Counted from the stretch's first letter, positions 1-6,737 are shown. The stretch: DNA of 41,211 bases from an archaeon (GCA_035289125.1 DATDXW010000064.1:1-41211), one strand, 5' to 3'. The notes: generated by a model from the sequence alone, not told the origin. Made by a program: numbers and translations.

Positions 1-141
1 CCGCGATGGGTCAAAGAGATAAACCTCATGATTGAGAAGGGCGTGAAAGCCGAGATAGAGGCGCTGTCGCACCGCGGGCTCAAATTCATGAGCGAAGAAT
101 ACCTGCCGGACAAGCTTAGGAGCAAGGATTTCCTTGACTGA
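1..141 (+). CDS. 3' end of an unidentified protein-coding gene (starts before the window)
   Basis: Frame 1 is open from base 1 to TGA at 139-141 (PRWVKEINLMIEKGVKAEIEALSHRGLKFMSEEYLPDKLRSKDFLD*). Composition matches the host. No family recognised. Confidence 0.45.
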   Translation, partial: PRWVKEINLMIEKGVKAEIEALSHRGLKFMSEEYLPDKLRSKDFLD

Positions 142-206
142 GTTACAACAAAGGATAATCTATTCTTACTGTATACTTGTCAATGCTTCAGTTAAATTAA
201 ATTTAA

Positions 207-608
207 ATGCGAAGCTCATACACTAATGATATGCCAGTAAAAAGACTATCCAAAACTATTAAGAGATTAGTACTCAATTTTAAAAGATTTTTAACGAGAG
301 AAAAAAGATACGATGCCGCTTTTGATGGAAACGCAGCAAAACTTTATCTTGGAATAGAGGGTAGTTTTGGTGATGAGTCATGCACATTGTGGCGTTACAA
401 AGTTGTCGGTGGAAAAATAAAGCGGAATACGTCAGGTTTGATCTTACCAATTACCGACAAAGCAGTGATAATGTACTATAATAAAGGAGGCCCTGGAAGT
501 TGGTATCCTAAGGGATACATAGGAACGACGTATAAAATAGTTTTATACAAAAATTACATTGGGAAAATAAAAATTGTCCGACCTGTGACTCCCCGATCGC
601 ATCCATAA
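207..608 (+). CDS. hypothetical protein on an AT-rich islet
   Basis: 133-codon ORF with an ATG start, visibly AT-richer than flanking DNA. No recognisable motif. Confidence 0.4.
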   Translation: MRSSYTNDMPVKRLSKTIKRLVLNFKRFLTREKRYDAAFDGNAAKLYLGIEGSFGDESCTLWRYKVVGGKIKRNTSGLILPITDKAVIMYYNKGGPGSWYPKGYIGTTYKIVLYKNYIGKIKIVRPVTPRSHP

Positions 609-667
609 ACCGAGGGTACTCTTTCCTTTAGGCGACGTTCACTTTATAGCTCACGCTTAAATCTCTT

Positions 668-674
668 TTTATAT
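668..674 (+). promoter_or_regulatory. TATA-like box upstream of tRNA-Asn
   Basis: TTTATAT lies about 30 nt upstream of the mature tRNA 5' end at 701. Confidence 0.35.
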
Positions 675-700
675 TCCTTTCCTTCTACTAACATTACGAA

Positions 701-773
701 GCCCCTGTAGCTCAGCAGGTAGAGCAACACGCTGTTAACGTGTGGGTCCGCGGTTCGAGTCCGCGCGGGGGCG
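701..773 (+). tRNA. tRNA-Asn (anticodon GTT)
   Basis: Cloverleaf read by eye. Acceptor GCCCCTG/CGGGGGC, D stem GCTC/GAGC, anticodon stem ACACG/CGTGT with loop CTGTTAA, T arm CGCGG-TTCGAGT-CCGCG, discriminator G. No encoded CCA. Confidence 0.93.
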
Positions 774-780
774 CTTTAAG

Positions 781-788
781 AATTTAAG
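781..788 (+). promoter_or_regulatory. TATA-like box (AATTTAAG) that could drive the structured leader and tRNA-Phe
   Basis: The 9-mer ATTTAAGCG (782-790) recurs at 21108-21116 in the secE promoter region. No other TATA-like element lies between here and tRNA-Phe. Confidence 0.35.
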
Positions 789-812
789 CGGATTTGTCTA
801 TATGAGTATGAA

Positions 813-970
813 ATGGCATCGACTCGCGAAGCAAGGAGCAGTAATAATATGGCATGCGATGCAGCGAAGCTGCAGGGCATTGGGATACGACGCGATGGAA
901 ACCGACGCGACGGAAGGCGAATCCGTCATACAGAATCGTGCGTCATACAGCATAGAAGAATGCGGGGTAT
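813..970 (+). repeat. three hairpin boxes of the TGGSATRCGA / GGGGTAT family, directly abutting tRNA-Phe
   Basis: Boxes at 813-838, 844-880 and 881-970. 844-877 matches 20969-21002 at 33/34. 954-970 matches 25529-25545 at 16/17. 813-824 is identical to 21050-21061. Confidence 0.8.
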
Positions 971-971
971 T

Positions 972-1045
972 GGGACAGTAGCTCAGCCTGGGAGAGCACA
1001 CGACTGAAGCTCGTGCTGTCGTGCGTTCAAATCGCACCTGTCCCA
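972..1045 (+). tRNA. tRNA-Phe (anticodon GAA)
   Basis: Acceptor GGGACAG/CTGTCCC, D stem GCTC/GAGC, anticodon stem CACGA/TCGTG with loop CTGAAGC, T arm GTGCG-TTCAAAT-CGCAC, discriminator A. Confidence 0.93.
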
Positions 1046-1151
1046 TATAGTATTTTCCACCTTACGCAACGGATTGCGAACCCCTATCGCATTCACCCAT
1101 CTGGCCAGATTTTTCCTTCCGTACAGCTTTGCGCATCAAGTTGCCCGTGGC

Positions 1152-1453
1152 GGGTGGCTTTCGGGGCGCGGGTTGTAAAGACTAGAAAGGACTTTTCATC
1201 GGTGAATTTTGACGGGACGGGTTGGTCTTCGATTTTATTACGAGGAATTCAAAGATTCCTCGTATACACAAAGACTTTCCATGGAAAGTCTTTGTTGTAC
1301 TTGTTTTGGCGTTTTCGCCAAAATCAAATCGGCAGAGCCGATTTGAAACTTGTCGTTCCGTTACGAAGCGCACTAACCCGCCCTTATCTCTCTACCGCAC
1401 TGCACTTCGTGCATCCAGTTGCGACAGGTGACTTTCAGTATGCGGCTTATAAA
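1152..1453 (+). repeat. mosaic of intergenic modules (P and Q blocks) shared with 13784-13825, 19291-19594 and 25412-25468
   Basis: P copies GGTGGCTTTCGGGGCGCGGGTTGTAAAG (1152-1180) and GGTGACTTTCAGTATGCGGCTTATAAA (1427-1453). Q copy GAAAGGACTTTTCATCGGTGAATTTTGACGGGACGGGTT (1184-1222). Confidence 0.75.
1239..1345. repeat. array of four consecutive perfect hairpins or palindromes
   Basis: H1 1239-1264 (10-bp stem). H2 1268-1295 (28-bp perfect palindrome ACAAAGACTTTCCATGGAAAGTCTTTGT). H3 1304-1323 (8-bp stem, TTTT loop). H4 1325-1345 (9-bp stem, AGA loop). Confidence 0.85.
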
Positions 1454-1487
1454 TCCTATTTATAAGACAACATCAATATATTGACTT

Positions 1488-2087
1488 ATGGCAACAGAGG
1501 GCGAAAGTCATGGCTACAGATTCATACCAAAAAACAAGGCACTTGAAGAAGCATGGCACGGCGGCGGCAAGACCGCTACTATCGCGGCGGCATCTGTTTT
1601 GCTTCTGGTCGTCTTTTATTCGCTCGGCACGAACCTAACCGGCTTTGCTACGCATATCCAGAATCTTGAATTGCTACTCAACGAGACCAAAAGCACGCTG
1701 GACGATGCCAATAACGCTAATATCGTGTGCACTGCCAACGTGGCGTCGCTGGGCGGCAATCTCACGGAGTGCCGCAGCGTCCTGAACAACCAGTCCGAAG
1801 CGCTGTCGTCGTGCTTGACGAAGCGGGACGAGTTGTCGCTCCACTCGGAACAGTTGGATATGCTCTTAACGCAGTGCGGCGATGACAAGAACGAAATTAG
1901 CGTCAACCTTGAATCGAAGAAACGTGACTACGACGGGCTTGTGAGGAGCAACGTGAGGCCGCTATGCTGCAGTGGCTTTGACGTTGTCAATAGCAGAAGC
2001 GTATCGTGGAACCTGAGTGACAATGCCATAACATGCGGCTCCGGCTCTTACACGGTCAACTGCGCCAGTGGTGAAACAAATTATTAG
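1488..2087 (+). CDS. membrane-anchored, Cys-rich hypothetical protein
   Basis: 199-codon ORF. Hydrophobic segment TATIAAASVLLLVVFYSL near the N-terminus, then a Leu/Asn/Glu-rich region and a C-terminal part with several Cys. TATA-like TTTATAA at 1459-1465, about 29 nt upstream of the ATG. Confidence 0.6.
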   Translation: MATEGESHGYRFIPKNKALEEAWHGGGKTATIAAASVLLLVVFYSLGTNLTGFATHIQNLELLLNETKSTLDDANNANIVCTANVASLGGNLTECRSVLNNQSEALSSCLTKRDELSLHSEQLDMLLTQCGDDKNEISVNLESKKRDYDGLVRSNVRPLCCSGFDVVNSRSVSWNLSDNAITCGSGSYTVNCASGETNY

Positions 2088-2123
2088 CACTTTATAAAAG
2101 CTTCGCATATTCTGTGATATATT

Positions 2124-2717
2124 ATGCCCAAGAAAAAACATGAAGAAAGCAGGGAAGAAAGTCAGCCTGTGGTAGAAGACGTACGCGAAGTCGTGGACGC
2201 GCAACTTGAGGAAGACAAGGTCATAGTCTGGAAGAAGTGGGAAATTGTCTATGAGCCGGGCTACTACGGAAAGCCGCTGCCTGAAAGGCTTGAGCTGGCT
2301 TTAGTAGAGGCGTTGCTTCTTCTGAAGAGAGGGAGAATACGATTATTTTCACAAGGCAAACCTGTGAGCTTTGAAGAGCTTTACCGGCACGCATGCTCAT
2401 TGGATAAGAGAATGCCGGAGCGTTACAGAGTTTACGAAGACTTGCGAGAGCGCGGGTTACTCGTGCGCACGGGCTTCAAGTTCGGCTGCGATTTCCGCGT
2501 TTACTAACGAGGCGTACAACTAAATAAAGGCCCAAAAAGCGCCAAGGAGCATACCAAATGGATAGTTTTTGCCGTTTCTGAGGATTATACATGCTCTTTC
2601 CAAGAGCTTTCGCGGGCGGTGCGTCTGGCGCATAACATCAGAGCCAATATGCTCTGGGCAATTGTTGATAATGAAGGAGATTGTACATTTTACAGTATTA
2701 CAAGATTAACACCCTGA
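2124..2717 (+). pseudogene. endA: tRNA-splicing endonuclease (EndA-like) interrupted by an in-frame TAA at 2505-2507
   Basis: The first ORF ends ...GFKFGCDFRVY*. The same frame stays open for 69 more codons (RGVQLNKGPKSAKEHTKWIVFAVSEDYTCSFQELSRAVRLAHNIRANMLWAIVDNEGDCTFYSITRLTP*). Together the two parts have the length and layout of an archaeal EndA subunit. Confidence 0.7.
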
Positions 2718-2756
2718 AGCTATTTAATCCCTTCATGCAATTATTATTCGATTGGC

Positions 2757-3866
2757 ATGAAAGTTTCTGAATTGATGACTAAGAACGTCGTAACGGCTAT
2801 GTCAGAAACGAAAGTTTCCCAGCTTCTCGGAAAGATGAAAACGCACGGAATACACCAGATACCCATTCTCAACGGAAGCGTGCTCGCGGGCGTGGCAGAG
2901 CTTCAATCTATAATAGAAAAAGACATTGACCCAAACAGCGCAAAAGCGAAGACTGTCATGAAGAACACAGTCAGCGTTGAGCCGGACATGGATGTGATGG
3001 ACGCCGTGCGCGTTCTGCTTACGAGCGGCTTCAGGGCGCTGCCCGTGGTGGAAAACAATTCGCTGGTCGGAATAATATCAGATACTGACTTGCTGGTGCT
3101 CGCCGATAGCGGAGAAAGCATCCAGGCGACGTTAAAAAAGTGCGAATACGTCTCGCCGGACGACGACGTGGGCAAGATACAAAAGACCATGTTCCTAAAA
3201 AAGGTTTCACGCGTTCCCGTTGTAGAAAGGGGGCGCGTGGTAGGCGTCGTTGGAACTTTAGACCTCATAGACCTTTACCTGCGCGGCAAGACGAAATTTG
3301 AAGCGTGGGGTGCCAGATCCGGCTCCAAAGAGAAATTGCCTGTCGCGAAGATACAGGCAAGGAGCGTGATGAAACCTGCTACCGTGATAAAGAAGGGGGA
3401 CAAAATTTCAAAGGTTGCAGAGCTTCTCGCGAACAACGAGCAGCTTGTTTCGTCAGACGTCGGCAACGTCTACATCGTGACGCCAAAAGACATACTCCGC
3501 GCAATTTACAAAGTGCCCGTTGTTCCCGTAGGCGTGCAGATAACGCACCTGAACGAGGATGCTGTTACGAACACGGAAGTGGACGAGCGTTTTCTGAGAT
3601 TTGCCGACAAAGTGGCACGGCTTGACGCAAAGGCGGGGAACGTGAACGTCGTCGTGGAGAGGCACAACGACAGGGGCGGGCGTATAAAGTTTTCAATAAA
3701 GGCGAACCTCAAGACGCCGAAAGGCCTGTTCGTTGGTCATACGGCGGCATGGAACCTCATGGAAGCGGTTGAGCACTCCATCGAAGCGATGGGGCGCGAG
3801 ATGGAAACCAAATACGGCAAAGACCGCACCAAAGGCAGGAAGGAAGCACGACGAAGGAAGGAATAA
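2757..3866 (+). CDS. protein with four CBS domains and a C-terminal HPF/RaiA (S30AE)-like domain
   Basis: Four CBS-like repeats (for example VMKNTVSVEPDMDVMDAVRVLLTSGFRALPVVENNSLVGIISDTDLL). The C-terminal roughly 110 aa (NVNVVVERHNDRGGRIKFSIKANLKTPKGLFVGHTAAWNLMEAVEHSIEAMGREMETKYGK, then a basic tail) resemble ribosome hibernation factors. Confidence 0.8.
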   Translation: MKVSELMTKNVVTAMSETKVSQLLGKMKTHGIHQIPILNGSVLAGVAELQSIIEKDIDPNSAKAKTVMKNTVSVEPDMDVMDAVRVLLTSGFRALPVVENNSLVGIISDTDLLVLADSGESIQATLKKCEYVSPDDDVGKIQKTMFLKKVSRVPVVERGRVVGVVGTLDLIDLYLRGKTKFEAWGARSGSKEKLPVAKIQARSVMKPATVIKKGDKISKVAELLANNEQLVSSDVGNVYIVTPKDILRAIYKVPVVPVGVQITHLNEDAVTNTEVDERFLRFADKVARLDAKAGNVNVVVERHNDRGGRIKFSIKANLKTPKGLFVGHTAAWNLMEAVEHSIEAMGREMETKYGKDRTKGRKEARRRKE

Positions 3867-3878
3867 AGAAGTGGATTG

Positions 3879-4544
3879 TCATACCACATTGTAAATATTG
3901 TCTTTTGTTTCTTCCGTCAATGCGATTTCTGTACGTTCCAACTGCTTTTTTAAATCTTCCATGGCTTTCAATGCATGGATGCACTCATTTGACAACGGTA
4001 TGTATCCCCTATGTTTCACGTGTGCATCCACGAATAGACGTTTCCGTACTTCTTTCAAGTGCTCTATCGGTCCTATTTTTCCTGCTATCATAATCTCAAC
4101 TATGTTTGCAGTGTCTATCTTTGTGATCGTCGTTGGAATTCCAAGTTTTTCTTTCAGCATGAGTTCTAGTGCTGTGTTGAGATTACTCATCACTCCACTA
4201 TAATCTTTCAGTCCGTAAGAAGTCCCTGCTTGCTTCATTTTCTCCTCTGCACTAGCGAATATCTTCCCATCTCTGATTTTTTCTTCGGACTTTGCACTAT
4301 ATCCCAATAGCACTCGCATCTCTTTTATTGAGGTCAATATATTTGAGCATTGACTAAAACCCATGGATTGTGTTATGAATACGCTATGCTCCGGTAAAAA
4401 AACTTTCATCAACACCATCAAATCTTTGAAACGGGCTTGTGACACAGCCGTTGCACGCCCCCACGTCGTATAGTCAGCATCTTCTTGTTCTACAACTTTC
4501 TCTAATCGCTTGAGTAAAAATAACATTTTTCTTTTATCTATCAT
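3879..4544 (-). CDS. hypothetical protein with a possible HEPN-like C-terminal domain, AT-rich islet
   Basis: 221-codon ORF, AT-richer than both neighbours. The C-terminal helical region carries an R-x5-H element (VRKRLFVDAHVKH), as in HEPN Rx4-6H motifs. Confidence 0.6.
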   Translation of the reverse strand: MIDKRKMLFLLKRLEKVVEQEDADYTTWGRATAVSQARFKDLMVLMKVFLPEHSVFITQSMGFSQCSNILTSIKEMRVLLGYSAKSEEKIRDGKIFASAEEKMKQAGTSYGLKDYSGVMSNLNTALELMLKEKLGIPTTITKIDTANIVEIMIAGKIGPIEHLKEVRKRLFVDAHVKHRGYIPLSNECIHALKAMEDLKKQLERTEIALTEETKDNIYNVV

Positions 4545-4574
4545 ATCAGAATCCTGATTACCAATCTATTAAAA

Positions 4575-6383
4575 TTATCGCTGTAATAGAACTCCAACCT
4601 TCTCAATGCTCTCCCCATCCGCTAACCGTGCTATTGCGTTGTCAAGCTCGCCGATTTTTATTATGACCTGCTTCTGCGTATCACGGTCGCGCAACGTCAC
4701 GGTATCGTTCTTCATCGTGTCATAATCTACGGTGATACAGAAAGGCGTTCCCGCTTCATCCTGACGGTAATACATCCTTCCGATGGAACCGGTCTCGTCA
4801 TAGGCACAGTAAAAATGCTTTCGCAACGCGGCGAATATCTCTCTGGCTTTCTCGGGCATCCCGTCCTTGCGGACGAGCGGGAAAACGGCGACCTGATACG
4901 GCGCAACGGATGCCGGGAAGGAGAAGAACAGCCGCTCTTTCTCCTCGTGCATCACCGATTCCATAACGCATATCAGGGCGCGGTCTATGCCGTAAGCCGT
5001 CTCGATGACGTGCGGAACGAACTTTGCGCCTTCGTGCGTTATTTCCATGGATTGCTTGCTCACTTGCTGATGCCTTTTCAGGTCGTAATCGCTCCTGTCT
5101 GCGACGCCGACCAATTCTATCACGCCATACTTCTCTGACAGAAACTCAACATCCCATGTGTCGCTGGAATAGAAACTTCGTTCGTCGTCCTCGTGCTGGC
5201 GCAGGCGGAGCTTGCCTGCGTCCATGCCCATTTTTTTATAAAGCTGAAGCGAGCGTGCGAGGAAATACGCGACAGGCTGCTTAACGTGCAACTGGGAAAC
5301 GAGCCGCGACATGCTCATCTTCTTTTCTTTCGCTGCGCCCTTCGGGAGCACGAGCGCCTCGGCGCTTGCCACGTTATCAAAACCTTTCCATTCAACGATG
5401 CCCGGAGGCGTGAAGAACTGGATTTCGGCTTGGGAGAATTCGCGCTGCCGGATGACGGCTTTGCGCGGCGAAATCTCGTTGCGGAAGCTTCTTCCTATCT
5501 GTATCGCGCCGAAAGGCATCTTGCGCCGCGCTATCTCGTAGAGCCGGCGGAAAGGCATATACGTTGTCTGCGCCGTTTCCGGGCGCAGGGCGCCCTCTAA
5601 CTTGGCGTTGCCCGGCCCGATGAACGTCTTGAACATGAGATTGTAATCGTAAACTTTATCAAGCGCGCCCTTGCATTTCGGGCATTTTATACCGTTCTTG
5701 TGTATAATTTCATTTATGTCAGAATCGTTAAACAGAAGCGACCCATCCACCGCTATGTCCACCTTTTCGCTACCGGCGACGAGTGATACATCACGAATAT
5801 CTATCTTGACGCCATGATATGATAATTTGCTATCGTTTGTCACTGTACACTTACTCTTCAGGGCATTCAATACGGACTCTTTACTTCCTTTCGTTCTCTT
5901 TTTTAAACATAACGAAACCGAAGAAGTGAAATCCGGACCATGCGCCACGCTTGTTTCCACTTCCTTACTTATACCAGAATCCTTGATAATGTCCAGAAGC
6001 CTAATCATAGTATGCTCTTCCACCAGATGGTCCGCGCGATAAGCTTCGCCGCATTTCCCGCATTCCGTGAGCTTGTCGGCAAAGTTTTCCACGTGCCCGG
6101 AAGCAACCCACGGGTCTATCGTCGTAAGAACAGGCGACTCTATGGCAAGGCATCCCTCTTCCATGACGTAGTAATCAAGAATCATGCCCTCTATGTGCTT
6201 CTTCATTAGCGTTCCGAGCGGCCCGTAATCGTAGAAGCCGGAAACCCCGCCGTAAATCTCCTGCGACGGCCAGAAGAACCCGCGGTTCTTGGCGATCTCC
6301 TCTAATTTATCGATGAGCATGACTTCTATTGAATCCTCATTTTTAAATCCGTGACATGGTTTTATAAGACTTGGGCGAATCAT
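4575..6383 (-). CDS. glyS: glycine--tRNA ligase (archaeal/eukaryotic alpha2 type)
   Basis: IAKNRGFFWPSQEIYGGVSGFYDYGPLG, class II motifs (FRNEISPR, GIDR), C-terminal anticodon-binding region. An alternative start at 6320 (MLIDKLEEIAK...) is possible. Confidence 0.95.
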   Translation of the reverse strand: MIRPSLIKPCHGFKNEDSIEVMLIDKLEEIAKNRGFFWPSQEIYGGVSGFYDYGPLGTLMKKHIEGMILDYYVMEEGCLAIESPVLTTIDPWVASGHVENFADKLTECGKCGEAYRADHLVEEHTMIRLLDIIKDSGISKEVETSVAHGPDFTSSVSLCLKKRTKGSKESVLNALKSKCTVTNDSKLSYHGVKIDIRDVSLVAGSEKVDIAVDGSLLFNDSDINEIIHKNGIKCPKCKGALDKVYDYNLMFKTFIGPGNAKLEGALRPETAQTTYMPFRRLYEIARRKMPFGAIQIGRSFRNEISPRKAVIRQREFSQAEIQFFTPPGIVEWKGFDNVASAEALVLPKGAAKEKKMSMSRLVSQLHVKQPVAYFLARSLQLYKKMGMDAGKLRLRQHEDDERSFYSSDTWDVEFLSEKYGVIELVGVADRSDYDLKRHQQVSKQSMEITHEGAKFVPHVIETAYGIDRALICVMESVMHEEKERLFFSFPASVAPYQVAVFPLVRKDGMPEKAREIFAALRKHFYCAYDETGSIGRMYYRQDEAGTPFCITVDYDTMKNDTVTLRDRDTQKQVIIKIGELDNAIARLADGESIEKVGVLLQR

Positions 6384-6392
6384 GACTTATGG

Positions 6393-6737
6393 TCATCTAC
6401 TCCAAAGAAAGCGAAGTGACATGTCATCCCTTACGAAATAGAAGAGTAGAAGTCGCACTGCTTGCACACGCCAATCCGGGAGATACGCACGGGGAATGTG
6501 TAGGGCTTTCGCGAGCTTTTGAACTTGCCGGGCGTTTTGGTGCAATACCGATTGACCGTGCTTGCTTGTTCTTCCGGGAGATGCCGAACCTGACGGGCGA
6601 ATCTCTATGTCAGCGTTCCCGACAAATTCCGAGGTATGTTCGTTGTGATTGAATATCCGGATTATACTCTTCGGAGAGAAGGAAATCGTGTAACTGTTGA
6701 TATAAATGCCGAAACTCCGGTGGAAATAATTTCGCAA
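6393..6737 (-). pseudogene. possible decayed small gene with coding-like signal spread over three frames
   Basis: From ATG at 6740: MKYILAKLFPPEFRHLYQQLHDFLLSEEYNPDIQSQRTYLGICRER*. A second frame gives ...EFVGNADIEIRP.... A third gives RFARQVRHLPEEQASTVNRYCTKTPGKFKSSRKPYTFPVRISRIGVCKQCDFYSSIS* (stop at 6431-6433). No single frame gives a convincing protein. Confidence 0.25.

Noticed and set aside
813-970. Kink-turn / L7Ae-binding or split-tRNA interpretation of the hairpin boxes
   Set aside because: A K-turn needs a 3-nt bulge followed by tandem G-A/A-G pairs, with GA on both strands. Here the loop is symmetric GA opposite GG with no bulge. No T-loop or anticodon-arm features support tRNA halves.
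1184-1200. RNase P RNA (GAAAGGACU words at 1186-1194 and 19355-19363 recall the CR-I motif GAGGAAAGUCC)
   Set aside because: The word order differs (GGACU vs GUCC). No other RNase P conserved regions (for example AGGGUGAAA or ACAGAA) are present nearby. The words belong to the repeated Q block.
742-1465. ORFs 742..981, 798..1046, 813..1007, 1013..1465, 1182..1373 and 1222..1431
   Set aside because: They overlap tRNA-Asn or tRNA-Phe, or consist of the hairpin boxes and palindromes. Translations are Arg/Cys/Ser-rich and not protein-like, and no frame is favoured.
2505-2507. Possibility that TAA is reassigned to a sense codon (two in-frame TAAs: endA and the antitoxin)
   Set aside because: Several well-defined genes end at TAA at the expected C-terminus (glyS, FKBP, ftsZ, rpl1, rpl12, CBS-HPF). 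TGA and TAG are also used as normal stops. Genome-wide recoding is therefore not supported. Local error, pseudogenisation or readthrough remain possible.
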